The notes under the pieces were generated by a model. It was not told the DNA's origin and did not search any database. It saw only the letters and a list, made by a program, of their open reading frames with translations. The translations under genes and the position numbers were made by a program. DNA of 63,046 nt, the filler included, from Saprolegnia diclina VS20 (lineage: Eukaryota), in the NCBI RefSeq assembly GCF_000281045.1. It is 6 parts of 3 records of this genome, joined end to end, with 100 filler letters (N's around TTAATTAATTAA, not from the genome) between each part and the next. Parts side by side here need not be neighbours in the genome. Positions count along the whole stretch, not along the records: positions 1 to 25,653 come from NW_008246080.1; positions 25,754 to 54,435 come from NW_008246080.1; 4 more parts are not named here. The stretch is one strand, 5' to 3'. Numbering within the stretch: position 1 is the stretch's first letter; every line of letters begins with the position of its first letter. Shown here in pieces: positions 22,798 to 35,137 of the stretch.

Positions 22798-22983
22798 CTT
22801 CGTGCTCGCTCCTCGCCCAAAATGGAAATATCCTGGCAAACCCGCCGTTGGATTACCTCCGTGAATCGGTTATCCTAGCCGGTTAGTCGACTACAAACCC
22901 CAGTATACGGTACCAGATGGCGTCGAAACGACTACGTGAGTGAATGTCGTTGTGAGTGGGGGTCCCCTGATGTATACATGATT

Positions 22984-23019
22984 TGTTTAAAACGCTGTTT
23001 CAAACGCTGTTTCAAACAG
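22984..23019. repeat. Short 12-bp tandem repeat TGTTTCAAACGC (about 3 copies) in AT-rich intergenic DNA
   Basis: tgtttaaaacgc-tgtttcaaacgc-tgtttcaaacag, about 190 bp upstream of the ART gene start. Confidence 0.7.
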
Positions 23020-23499
23020 CAGTTTGATACGCATGTAAAAGATGTACTTGTATTTTGTATGGTTTTAATTTTGTTTGAAAAAAATAGGTTTCAAACACAG
23101 CGCATTCAGGGGATCTGTTGGAATAAAACAGCGCACTCTGGGCTTGGTGCCACCCATCGATAATCGCGCAGTCGTCGACGGCAGACAGGACAATTCTTGT
23201 CTCGGCGCTGTGTACTGTCGCCACCTTCAGCGACAGTAGTACGATCTCGTACGAAGCTGGCCCACCACTGCAGACTCGATTTCTCAATGTGTCAACGACG
23301 TTGACACACCTACATAGCCCGTTGACTCAACAGCCTACGTCGAGGAGCCCGCGCAGCGGTCAATGGTCCGTGCAGTGACAGGTCGCATGATGGCTGTGGC
23401 CTCGGCATTGCCCGGGGGAATGCTAACAGCGCAACTAGAGCATACTAGAATGAGGTGGGCAGGAGCAACGGTAATCACTCTCAAAGATTCCGGCGTCCA

Positions 23500-25653
23500 A
23501 CATGCGGTGGCGCGTGATGGCCAATTCCTTTCTCCTTGCGACCGGCAGCCACGTACTGCCACATGCGCCTGCGCGGCGCGATGCGGCGGCGATGCTGCAA
23601 GCCACAATGGCGATGGCGCGCGGCGACCTGTGGTCCGCATACCAAGCAACCGCGCTGATGCAGCGACCACATGCATCGACGAGAACTCGGCGCACGGCGT
23701 GGGTCAGCTCTTTGTGCGTGGGCGCGTGTGGGTCACATTCGACCTGCCAGCGTCGGGATACCAGGCCATGGAAGCAGCCGTGCGCGCAACGGGCGGCTGG
23801 CACGTGGCCGCATGCGCCAGCGCTGCCATACCACGCTGTCACTATGCAATGACGCGATGAACGTACGTACTCTTGCATGTGCGTGTATACACGCATACGC
23901 GTGGCTAGGCCGCGGCGAGTGTCGAGCAGCAGCTCGGAGGGGCGGCGTCGACGTTTGTTCAGCTCAAAGAGCTCTATTCGCACCTTGCTACAACACCATG
24001 CGCGCCGTCTCTGGGGGCGCGATTCTAGCCGCCAATGGCTTCAAGCGCGAGGCCATCGACGCGAATACCCGAGTGTTGGCAATGGACCCGAAATGTACAC
24101 CAGCGATTACAGCGACCCATGACCTGGCGACGGCAACGACGACGATGCGAGTGGCACAAGCCAGCTTCCCCGAACTCGGACAGCTTCGGACCGCGATCGT
24201 ACACGCGCACGCACAGGGTCGCCTGCAGGAGGCGGTAGCTCTCAACTGCATTGCGCTCTTGCTGTCGCCGCAAGACGGGACTACGCATACCAACGCCGGT
24301 GCCTTCTACTACGAGGTGCAGCGAAGTATACCATCCTCCCTCACGTCACTTGCATCTTGGGCGCGACGACGCCGCCCGGCGCCACCTGCTGCATGCGATT
24401 GTCATCCACGCAACGTCCACGCGCTCAACAACTTGGCCGTACGACGGATGCGACGGCTCACTCATACCGGTAGGCTGTCGACGAGCGTATGGGGCAAGTC
24501 GATGCGGCACTGCAGACGTACGCATCGGCTGTTGCCTTGGCCCCCGAGTACGCGCTCGGTCTCTACAACTATGGTACCGCGGTGTTAAAGCGGCGGGCGT
24601 GGCACGACGTTGTCTCCCTCTTCTGGCAACGGCTGGGCTTCCGCAATCATGTTGCCCAAGTGCCGTCCATGCTGGGGATACAAGCGCTGGTACATGTGCT
24701 CTTGCTGGACACGATGCCGACGCCCGTTGCCGACTGCACCCAACGACTGCTCTGCGAGAAGTACGGCGTGCATTTTGCACCCAACTCGACACTGGGCGCG
24801 TTGGCTGACGCCACAGCGGCCTGCGAGCGCAGTATGAATGTGACGGCGATCGCCGTGGGCCACGTACGTGGCAGATCGCTATGGTATAGCTCGCATCACA
24901 GCCATCAACAACTAGACGCTCGGCGGCGTCTTGGACCACGTTCGTCGGTGCACACCCGTCGAGCCACCACAATTCGAATCGGTTTATCTCGTCGTGCAGT
25001 ACTTTTCGGCGTCTTCGCCGGCGCGCCAGGCCGAGTTGCCATTTTACACTGGAATCTGCACAATCCTGCTTTGGCAGCCGTCCATATCCGCGTCGGGCAC
25101 GAGGTCGAGACCGACCGTCTACTTGCATCGGTGACCCCAACAACCAAGCTGCGCATGTATGTGCTCGGCTATCGTTTCAAGGTGCGTTTGCCCATGCCAA
25201 CGCACAGGACGACAGCAGTGTCGTCTGGCTGCTGGCCAACGCCGATGTGGACTTTGATGCGTCCGTGGCGATACTGCAGCGGACGACGGCGCACGGAGGT
25301 TAGGAATACACCTCATTTACACATCTCATGAGAGATTAGGTCGTCGCGATGGGAGCGAGAAGCCAGCAACAGTGTTCTCTTGTACCCGCGCGTTGATTCA
25401 CAGGACGCTTGGGTGTTCCGTGCACCGATTTCTGCTGTCGACATGGCAGTACCGCTGGGCTACCCGCGCTCCGACTCGCATGCGGCTCACCGGTTGCGCC
25501 AACTGGGCTACGACGTGGTCAACTGGGGCCGCTACGTACGCGCTATGCACGTGCACGCCAGTAGCAGCCGGTTGTACGCCGAGGCCGACACCATCCGGGG
25601 AGCGGACGCGTACGTGCGGCTCGCACCGTCGCTGCCATCCAACTCGAAACAAC
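23500..25653 (+). pseudogene. TPR-repeat protein with C-terminal putative glycosyltransferase-like domain; frame-disrupted, cut by gap
   Basis: TPR-like segments (ALLLSPQDGTTHTNAG, NVHALNNLAV, YASAVALAPEYALGLYNYG) are followed by VQYF..RQAEL, NLHNP, LANADVDFD, SQDAWVF..LGYP.SD..GYDVVN..HVHAS. These lie in different frames that introns do not fully explain. Start uncertain. Confidence 0.5.
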
Positions 25654-25753
25654 NNNNNNNNNNNNNNNNNNNNNNNNNNNNNNNNNNNNNNNNNNNNTTA
25701 ATTAATTAANNNNNNNNNNNNNNNNNNNNNNNNNNNNNNNNNNNNNNNNNNNN
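25654..25753. other. Assembly gap with artificial six-frame stop linker TTAATTAATTAA
   Basis: 100-nt block of Ns with a central TTAATTAATTAA, identical at five places. Confidence 0.97.
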
Positions 25754-25825
25754 GTACTCCCAACAGCAAAGAAACGTCAAGCGCACATGCGGTGTCAACC
25801 AAAGGTGTGGATTCGCGCATATGAC

Positions 25826-26933
25826 TTATCGAAGCCGGTTGCCTTGGCCTTCGAACGGCTTGGGCGCTGGCTTGGGCGCTGCCTCCTCGGGTTTTGGAGC
25901 GCTCGTCGGCGCCGTCGTCGGCGGTGCAGCAGCGTACGTCGAAGTTGCGCCCGTGAGCGAGACGCCAGTGCCGTGGAACGCCTCGTAGCGCTTCAGGCGC
26001 GCCGCGCGAAGTGCGTCGGCGTCTGTGTTTTGGTCGGTCGCCTTCTTCATGCGGAGACCGCCGAGGCCAGAGCCGCGCGAGGCCGGGCGGGCGGCAGCAA
26101 ATGCTTCGCGCTTCATTGTGGGCACACCGCCAAACGGCTGGTTGGAGACGGGGGCGGGCGCCGCCGCGGCCACGGGGGCCGGCGGTGGGACATAGTCGGC
26201 GGGCGCTTCAAAGTCGACTTCGCAGTCGGTCTCAATGATACTCGCGGCTTCGACGGGGCGCACCTCGCGGACGTCGAGGAGGTAGTTGCGGTTGTTGTAC
26301 TGGATACAAATCGTGTCGCCGACCGTCATGCACGAGTACTTGCGCAGCGACGCCTCGAGGCTAGGCACCAAGGCGATGAGACACGTCGCATCCGAGTATC
26401 GACAAGATGTACACGGCGCGGGTGTTGGTAATGTCGAGAAAGTCCTTGGACTGTGGGCGAATCTTGACGAATGTCGCCTTGGGCAGCGTGACGTTCTGGA
26501 TGTTGAGGATGCTGCCTTCGGTCAAAAACATGTTTTGCATCATCTAGCGATAGCGCATGAGGCTCATCTCGTTGGTGTCGACGATGCATTACCCAGTACG
26601 GCATGTAGCAGCTGCCCTCGGGCGCGCTAAACTCGAGGACGCCGCAGTGCGACACACGGTTGACCGCTTCGTTCTTGATCTTGAAGAGCATCGGGTACTC
26701 GATGTGCAAGCGCGCTAGTACAGCATGCTATGATTGCCATCCTGGTCAGCGCTAGCGGGCGCGTACCCAGCGTCTCGAGCGCGGACGGTGGCAAGAGAAC
26801 TATGCGCACCATCGGTCAAGGATGAACGATGCCAAAGAATCGTCGTCGTACTCTTGTCGCCGTCTTCCAAGTGCGCCTTGTCGCAGAACGACACGGGGTA
26901 CACGCGGTAGTGCTCGTCAAAGCTAGCGACCAT
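25826..26933 (-). CDS. UFD1: Ubiquitin fusion degradation protein UFD1, multi-exon
   Basis: [84 protein letters not shown] and C-terminal FEGQGNRLR. Confidence 0.95.
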
Positions 26934-27369
26934 GGCTAAGAGGCGCGTGCAGATCAAAGATCGAGGATATACCGCTGCGGGAAGTTGTGGCCAAAGCCAA
27001 AGTTGACCCCGAACGGGTTGTTGCCGCCTTGTCCGCCAAAAAACTAGGTTGCCATGAGCCGCCTGAGCTCGTTGCCGCCTGCCGAGGAGGCCATGCTGCG
27101 GTGCTGCCACGTACCATGCTTTGCTGCCTTGGAGCTTGCGTCGACGTCTGGCTTCGACCGACCCTTTCTCGTTCTGGGCTTGGCGTGGGACGCGTCCATC
27201 TTTTTTCGCACGTTTTAATTCCTTACAAACACCGAGAGAAACGCACCAAAAAGAATAAAATTAGGGGCCATTAACGTCACACGCGCTTTCAAAGCGCACG
27301 AAACACGCGCGTTCCGCGTGACTTGCCCGCCGTCCAGTGACACATAAATTAGAAGGATTTTGCGATCCT

Positions 27370-28430
27370 CTAGTAGGACATGGGCGGGCGCTTGTGGTAC
27401 GGGCCCTTGGCGATGGCCTCGGCGAGCTCGGTCGCATACTGATTGGTGTCGGCAAGTGACTTTTCCAGCTGCGCGATCTTGGCGTCCTTGGCCACGGCGA
27501 GCCGCACCATCGCGTCGCGCACCTGCTCGTTCGTCGAGAGCATGTCTTCGAGGGACATGCCGGCGAAGGGCACTTGGGCGTGGAGCATGACTTCAGAGCG
27601 CAGCTTCTCGCGCTCGGCGTTGCTGGCCTTGGAGGCGAACGGCGAGTACTCCCACGCTTGGTTCCACGCATTCGTCGTGAGCGACGTCGCGGTGGAGATG
27701 GCCGTGTGCACGCGCGGGTTGGTCAAGAGCGACGTAATGTGGTGCCCACGCGCCGTCGCTTGGTGCTGCAGCTGCGAGACCATGTAGCTCACGGCCGGGT
27801 ACGTCATGCTGTAGTCATACAGATCCTTGGCCGTGTGCAGGACGGGCTTGAACGTCTCGAGCGCATCCAAGTACCCCTTGAGAACAACGTCTTGGTCCAG
27901 AAGCGTGTTGACGCCCGAGATGCCTTGGGCACTCAGGTTCAGAATGAGCTGCATGATCGCTTCGGTCGTCACGCTCTCCTTCTTGAGCTTGTTGGCGGTC
28001 ATGTCGAGCGACTGCGCGACGGACTCTAGCACGATTTCCTTCTCGAGGGCCATCGCGATCGTCTAGTCGACACGTGAGCATCGATGCAACGCATCGGTCG
28101 CGACTACCGTGGCCCATACCTGCATGATGCGACAAAGCGCCTTGATGACCATGGGCTTTTCGAGCGCCGCTACATGTTCGACTACGTCAGTCGAGCCGAG
28201 ACAAGCAATGTACCAGCGACAGCTTGAAGCGACTGCGACGCCACGGGCCCCGTGTGCTTGAAGCGCAGAAAGGACGACGAGATCTCGAGAAAGGCGACGA
28301 TGAGGTTCGTGAGCGTCGTCGTGGCTTCGGCGCTCGGACTCTCGGTCCCGAGCTTGGATGGCATGGTCGGTGGTGGGTTCAGTGGAGGATGTTGTTCTTG
28401 TTCTGGCGTCTCATGCGCTGGTGCTTGCAT
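27370..28430 (-). CDS. Hypothetical protein with C-terminal coiled coil, probably 3 exons
   Basis: ORFs 28182..28430 and 27370..28053 can be joined through a small exon (..LEKPMVIKALCRIMQ) by two GT-AG introns. Strong coding-type GC3 bias; no family recognised. Confidence 0.7.
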
Positions 28431-29114
28431 CGTCTCTGGCTGATGTTCTGTGCAATCTTAGAATCTGAAGCGCATCAACCCAACCGTCAGCACCAGCAAC
28501 GTTGACGCAAGCACTGCGACAGGCCCCAACCTCTCAGAACGCATATGTGCCGCGGCCCCAACACGCGCCTGGGCAACACGTCATAAAAAGTCGCTGTTGG
28601 CGCCAACGAAACCTCTCACATTTGATGCGATGCCGTCATCGTCATCGAGTGGAGCACCTGTGCAATCGCATGCCACGGGACGATGCCTCTTGCTCGGAGT
28701 ATCCGCCGGATAAACCTCTTATATTCGATATAGCGGGGACGTTGACGCGGCAAGGATAGATGCACGCCCCTTTACCACGGCTATTGGGATTCTTGTCGAG
28801 CATAACGCCGATGAGCTTGATACCTACCATAAATACGTTGATGTTTGCATGGAATCACTCGTGGACAGAAAAGTAATCGCAACCCAGGCAAAGCACCAAC
28901 CTCGAGCCGAGGGCCGACCTGTTAAGGTGCGTGAGTTTAGCCATACGACAGGCGCGACGTTTCCGGAGACGCCGTAATCGTGTGTGTAAAACCCATGGTG
29001 GGGAACGTGGAAAAGGACGTGAAAAAGAGCAAAGACATGAAAAGAGCGCTTTTTTCGCGTGTGAAATTAATTCCCACGACGTGTGCGTGTCTAAGCGCCT
29101 CCAATCTGTAAGAA

Positions 29115-31727
29115 ATGGCTGTTGCGGCACCGCACGTGGCCGAGGACCTCTTGACCGCCGAATGGTCGGACGCGACCGAGGTACGTGGCAGCCGCATGGG
29201 CGTGGCCTCTTCACGCCTTCCGTAGCTCTTCTTTGATGCGTCGAACGCGCTCACGCTGAGCCAAATGGTGCACGTACCCTTCTTCAACTACTTTGAGTCC
29301 ATGTCGGCGCTCGAGCTCATGGACCCCAAGATGGACGCTGGCATGGTCGGCCAGAACGAGCTCATTCTGCCCGTGGCCGAGCGCCTCGCCAAAGGTGCGC
29401 CTGCCATCCTCGTTCTTCCTTGTCGTTATCCTTGCGACCGTAGGCTTGATCCCAATGACGTTCACGTCCGCGACGAGCCTTGTCGCGACACTCGACCGCA
29501 TTGAGCAGTGTGAAAGCGCATGGCGCAACGGCCAGTCCATGGAGCAGTCGCTCTTGATGTGCTTGTATTTGCATCCGGTCGTCTCGAGCGCACTCCTCCA
29601 GCTCGAGTGCGACGAGGTCATGTCGTTGGCGGTCGGTCATTCCAAAAACGACTCGCTCCTCTGCATCTTCCGAGCGTACCTTCTCTTGACGATCAAGGCG
29701 TGTACGATCCAGCGCAACGCGATTCTCCGCGCCGACATTTACGAAGAAGAGGACTTTGCGCCCGCGAGTGCCGACGTGCCGCGTGGCGACGCCATCGATG
29801 ACGCGCTTGTCTTTGCGGCGCTTGAAATCGCCGAGCAGCGCTTGGATGCGCTCGCAGCGAAGACGAACAAGAAGAAGCCGACATCGATCGAGCCCCTGCA
29901 TGCGACGCTCGGCCTCGAGTTTGCGCAGCTCCTCTCGACGCGCCTCCAGTACAAGAAGAATTTCTACTTTGCGCTCGCGAGTCTCGTACGCACAAGCGTC
30001 CATCGAAAGTTCGTGCTCTTATGTATATGCTAGGGCACGGCCGAGTGCCCGGACTTGGAGCGCGCGACGCACTTTCTGGACGTTGCCAAGACGCACCTCG
30101 GGCAGCTTGCGACCGAGTCGCTCGAAGTGCCATCCGCGTGTTTGCAGCCAGAGGCGTACGTCGGGTTCGACAACCATATCGGACGTGTGTTGGCGTCGAC
30201 GGCACCGCCCCGCGCGGCCAAGCTCGAGTCGTTCGCGACAGTCGTAGGCACCAACCAAACGCTCTGCGCGCACCTCCGGCTCGGGACGGCCCCCGAGACG
30301 TTCAAGTCCATGGACGACCTGAAGGCGTTCTTGAGCCACATGTCGTCGCTCACGCCCAACATTCTCGTCCGCTCCTACATCCTCGTACGTGTTTGCATTT
30401 TTGTTTCTTATTTTCTTAGTTTCTTATGGCGGACATGCGATTATAGCTCTTTTTGTACATTGACAAAAAAATGTACGGGCAGTACAACTTTATGGAGTGG
30501 CTCGGCGACTCGATGGTCATGGCGGGCGTGCCCTCGGTGCTCCTCTCGACGCAAGAAGGCATGACGTACTCGTCGCGCTGCATCGAAGCTGTCTACGAGT
30601 CGCTCAAGCTGCATATGCACAACCGGCCGCGCCAGCGCTCGCGTTTGGAGCTCATGCTCCAGGACTGGGTCATCCTCGAGTCGGAAGCTGTCGCGATCGA
30701 TGACAAATTTGTCACCGAAATGGGCATTCCCGTACAAAAATGTGCACTCTCGGGAACTGATAGATTGATATTATCGAGATAGAAAGCCAACTACCCGCGG
30801 TACTTTACGGCGTGGGCTCTCGAGCAAACACTGGGCTTGATGCAGCAGTACCTCTACCTCGGCTTTGAACTCGACTTGTACGCGTCGTCCGAGTTTGGCA
30901 CCATGTATTGGTACGTCCATAGACGTCGATAGGGTTGAGACACTCTGTTAGCTACCTCGACTACCTGCTCGGGACGCGGATACACAACCTGACCAATGCA
31001 TGGTCGTTTGTCGAGAAGCTCCAGACGATGACGCGCCCCGAATCGTCGACGCCGCCGCCAGCACCGACCAAGGCGCTCAAGAAGAACGCCAAGAAGGGCG
31101 GCAAGCCGGCGGCAAAGGCCAAGCCCGAGCCCGAGGCCATCGTGGACCCAGTCAAGGAGAAGTATGCGCTCGACATTGCGCTTCTCGAGACGCACCGCGC
31201 CTTGGTCCGTGCCATGTTCCAGGTACGATCTTGCCTCGTACGCCATCTCGTTTTATCCAAGTTTATGGAACTAGTACGTGGTGGGGCTGCAGCTGGACGG
31301 TCTCTTGCCTGCGGACGTGCCGGTGTACGGGTCGCCCGAGATCCGGTATGCGCACCGCTTCCTGCCGTTCCAGAATTTGCAGTACCCGCAGCCGCTTTCG
31401 CACGCCGAGATGACGCGCAATTGCGATTTCTCGCAGTACGACGTCCATGTCGTGTACCAATCCTCGGACGAATGCTTCAAGATGGCGCGTGGCCACATGG
31501 AGCAAGTGCTGGCCAAGCCGTCGCTGCCAACCCGCCTCGCGCTCGAGCTCAAGGCGCTCACCAAGGTGTGCGTCGCCAACGGCGTGTACCTCGCGCAGCT
31601 CGAGAAGGAAAAGACAGCGCTCTCGCTGCAGTCGCTCTCGCTCTCGAACAAGAAGGCCGCGCTCGAGATTGCGTTCAAGGTCCATCCGCAGTACCCGACG
31701 ATCCAGCTCAAAAAGACGGCGGCGTAA
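29115..31727 (+). CDS. NAA35: NatC auxiliary subunit NAA35/Mak10, multi-exon
   Basis: FNYFESMSALELMDPKMDAGM, W.NGQSMEQSLLMCLYLH, IYEEEDF, NRPRQR, GFELDLY..E..MYW, RYAHRFLPF and HPQYPTI. Confidence 0.92.
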
Positions 31728-31788
31728 AGCAGAGTTAGAGGACAGCCGTTGCGAAAACGTAGTACTTACAGCGTATGGTGACTGGTAC

Positions 31789-31980
31789 TTACTGTGTCTT
31801 CTTGGCCGCGGCCGCCTTGGACTTGCGCTCGTCGGCGTCAATGCTGTCGATAAGTGACTTGGCCGCAAGAAGCGCAACAATGAAGAGAGGGACGACGATG
31901 GCGGCGAGAACCGCGAGCCAGAACTTGGGATCCTCCTGGATCTTGGTCGCAATGAAGTGGAGATGGTCGTGGTCCAGCAT
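31789..31980 (-). CDS. 63-aa single-pass membrane microprotein
   Basis: MLDHDHLHFIATKIQEDPKFWLAVLAAIVVPLFIVALLAAKSLIDSIDADERKSKAAAAKKTQ*. Coding-like codon bias, one hydrophobic helix and a Lys-rich tail. Confidence 0.65.
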   Translation of the reverse strand: MLDHDHLHFIATKIQEDPKFWLAVLAAIVVPLFIVALLAAKSLIDSIDADERKSKAAAAKKTQ

Positions 31981-32410
31981 CTTGCTCGACGGCGGCAGGT
32001 AGATGAAGACCGCTCGGAAATGGCGAGATGCCATTGGGCGACAAGCGAGAACCATGTCGGTGCTGTAAATGCATTTATTTTATATTTATTCATAAGCAGC
32101 ATACTTCTATCTTAATTGTAGTATGCTAAATTACATTTATAAACTAGAATATCACACCTACATAAAGCACAAAATAGTGTTCAATAGGATGCCTCCCGGT
32201 GGGCGTTGGAGGCTGCAAGGTCCCTGGGCGCTGTCAAACAATGACGGCTTCGTATAGCACTACGTACGTACGAATCGTTCGTTTTCGAATCTAGCGAGTG
32301 GAGCGAATCCATCTTTGTGACAGACAGGCCAAACCCAGCAAAGCGAAATACGTCACACTATTAAATGTTTATGGTAAATACTGTTCAAACGAAGCGTATC
32401 TTGGACAGGC

Positions 32411-34039
32411 ATGCGCAAGCGCAGTGTGTTCGAGGTCGTCGAGCATGCACTGTACCTCCAGAGCGTTGAGCAGCGCGTGACCAACGGCGAGGACCCAGCA
32501 ACGATCGACTCGTTCCGGAAGCACAAGTGGAAGCTGCAGCGCAGCCGCGACGCAAGGCCGGCCACGCCAGAGCCCGCCGAGCCCGTCCCCGACGTGGTCA
32601 CGACCCCACGTCCCAGCGATACCAATTCGGCGGCCATCGACAAGAACACAGTTGAGGTCGCGCCGCCAGAGACATCGTCGTTGGCCAACCACATTGACGC
32701 CAAGCGGCTCGCGTACCAGCAGTACCTCCTCGAGCTCATTTCGCCGGCGCTTGGCAACACGCCGCGCGTCCGCTTGGAGCCGGTTGTCGCCCATGGCACC
32801 GACGCCTTCGACATGGCGATGCCGTGCGCACGCGACGGCGCAACGCTAACAGCGTGCAACGATCTGCTCGTGCTCTTTGGCGGCGCGTACCTCAGCGACC
32901 CGGGGCACGCGCACCCGCGGGCGATCGTGCCGCGGCCTATGGCCGCCAATGGCACCATGCACTTTTCCAACCACGTGTTTGTCTTTGATCCTGAGTCGCA
33001 CACGTGGGAGATGCCCCGGTGCACAGGTCGGTTCCCGCGCGGGCGGGCCGACCACAGCGCCATGTTCCTGCCGCCGCAGTTGCTCGTCGTCTTTGGTGGC
33101 CGCGGCAAGCACGGCATCGTCTTCCACGACGTGCACATCTTGGACGTCGAGCTCTGGAGCTGGACCCAGAGCGCACCGGTCGAATCGCCGCTCCCAGGGC
33201 GGTTCTGGCACGCTGCTGCCATGGACCGCAGCTCGTCGCGAGTGTTCGTCTTTGGCGGGAAGGATCTGCAGACGGTGTACGGGGACTTCATGGAGCTCTC
33301 GATTGAGAGAGATAGTCCCGGGAAGCGTCATCGGTGGTCTGAGCCGCTGATGATGGGTACGCCGCCCTCACCACGGTTTGGTGCGACGCTGTTGCCGCTC
33401 GGGGCCGGGCACTTGGCGGTCGTTGGCGGCTGGGAAGCCCGGAGCGTGCCGCACCAGCGGGCGCGCGCCAACCACCGTCTGGAGCTATATGTGCTCGACC
33501 TGTACACACACATTTGGTCACGCCCGCACTTGGCCCAGCACGTCGTCACATGGTCGGTGCCCTGCGAGCGGTTCTTGTGCCAAGCGTTTGTGATGTCGAA
33601 AACGCTGGTCGTCTTTGGCGGCTACTCGTACGAGCCGTCGGCGCCGAGCTTCGAGAAGGCGTGGTTTGAGCGCGAAGCGCCGATCGCCGCCGACACGTGC
33701 CATCCGCAGCGGTACGTGCATGGGATGACGCTCGTACCGGTGCACGACCCGTACGTATACAAGCTCGACTTGAATATCATGATCTGGCGCCGACAGCCCA
33801 TGACGACTGCGTCGTCTGGCATGCAGGGACTACCGACGGCCGTTCATGGCGGGTCGTACCCTATGCTAGGAACGTCGGGCTACGTGCATGCGATTCTGGC
33901 CGACGACCCGACGCACACGGCGTTGCTGCGACTGACGCTTACCAAGCCAAACCCAACCATTATCGACGACCACGAGCATCGGGACGGGGACGATATGACT
34001 CTTGAGGTGTCGACCATATCCACTCTACCAGTCGTGTAG
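32411..34039 (+). CDS. Kelch-repeat protein, single exon
   Basis: Repeated GG blades: LVLFGG, PRGRADHSA..VVFGG, PGRFWHAA..VFVFGG, PSPRFGAT..VVGG, LVVFGG, each followed by a Trp. Confidence 0.9.
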   Translation: MRKRSVFEVVEHALYLQSVEQRVTNGEDPATIDSFRKHKWKLQRSRDARPATPEPAEPVPDVVTTPRPSDTNSAAIDKNTVEVAPPETSSLANHIDAKRLAYQQYLLELISPALGNTPRVRLEPVVAHGTDAFDMAMPCARDGATLTACNDLLVLFGGAYLSDPGHAHPRAIVPRPMAANGTMHFSNHVFVFDPESHTWEMPRCTGRFPRGRADHSAMFLPPQLLVVFGGRGKHGIVFHDVHILDVELWSWTQSAPVESPLPGRFWHAAAMDRSSSRVFVFGGKDLQTVYGDFMELSIERDSPGKRHRWSEPLMMGTPPSPRFGATLLPLGAGHLAVVGGWEARSVPHQRARANHRLELYVLDLYTHIWSRPHLAQHVVTWSVPCERFLCQAFVMSKTLVVFGGYSYEPSAPSFEKAWFEREAPIAADTCHPQRYVHGMTLVPVHDPYVYKLDLNIMIWRRQPMTTASSGMQGLPTAVHGGSYPMLGTSGYVHAILADDPTHTALLRLTLTKPNPTIIDDHEHRDGDDMTLEVSTISTLPVV

Positions 34040-34340
34040 CCATGATCTTGGTTCGTGCAAACTGAAATGGACGGAAAGACGCTTCTTTGCGTGTTCTTGA
34101 TTCAAGTTTTGGATCTTTTTGTCAAGTATTACGCCAAATGGTATTGATGGTATGTTTGTGTTTGCTACATAGTCCGTTCAACGCATATCATATGGATATA
34201 TATATATTAGTAGTACGATGCATAGACAGTTATCTTTGTAAGTCCTATCTTCGCACTCACGCATACGCCGCAATTGCAACGACGAGTGCCCTTGTGGACT
34301 TTTTCTTATATATATGAACGTTTTCTTAATTCGCTAATAT

Positions 34341-35137
34341 CTAAACGTGCATCGGGAGCTCTTGCAGAAACGTGTCGCTGAACCACTTGGTCAATTCGTC
34401 TTCGCTCATAGCGACATGTGCGACAACTGTCGTCGTCGTTTCGAGGGGCTCCGCCGTCTCGACGGGCGTATTTGCCGCGGGCGCCGAATACATCGCAGGG
34501 TCGAACATCGAGGCGACGTCCGTTGCTGCCCCAACATGACTGTTGTCGCTCGCCGCCGGGCCTGGAATACTGTCCTCAGACTGCCAATAGCGAAATAGGT
34601 CGTCGATCTCTTCGGACTCCGGTCTCTCGAAGGTCGTTGCAGGCTCGATCGTTGTGGCCAGCACTTCGTGCGCAATGGCTGCGTCGGCCTGCGGCACGGC
34701 GATGCCTTGTTGAAGCATGCGATGCCAGCGACTCTGGCACTGGCGATAGCTACAGACCGGGAGTTCAACCTCTACGTCAAGCAGCTTTGAAACGTACTCG
34801 CGGGTCTGCACCATGTGCGCGACAGTGATCCACGGGCGCTGGGTGCTCATTGCATTTCGGAGCCGCGCATCTTCGTCCGCCGACCAGGATCGCGTGTTTC
34901 GCGTCCCCGCCTCCAAGGCAAACGTTGTGTACCATTTTTGCCGGCAATCCGCGGCGCTATGGAGAAGAAAGTGCTTCGCGACTTCCTCCCACGTTGCGCA
35001 CTGACGGGCAACGATGCCCAAGTGCTCCAGCTACACGAGATTGAGATGAATAAGAAACGCAACGAAAATGTATATACGATACGGACCTCATTTGGGCGCC
35101 ACAGGTTGCGCAAAGTAAATGTAGTTGGTGAAAGCAT
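34341..35137 (-). CDS. Two-repeat Myb-like DNA-binding protein, 3 exons
   Basis: WRPNE|LEHL..WEEVAKHF..HSAADCRQKW and WSADEDARL..WITVAHMVQTR|SYRQCQSRW, followed by an acidic C-terminus. Confidence 0.75.

Noticed and set aside
21490..22839. Reading the 449-aa ORF as a truncated PARP pseudogene
   Set aside because: Its stop lies inside a GT-AG intron (21462-21512), and splicing continues in frame into the ART domain.
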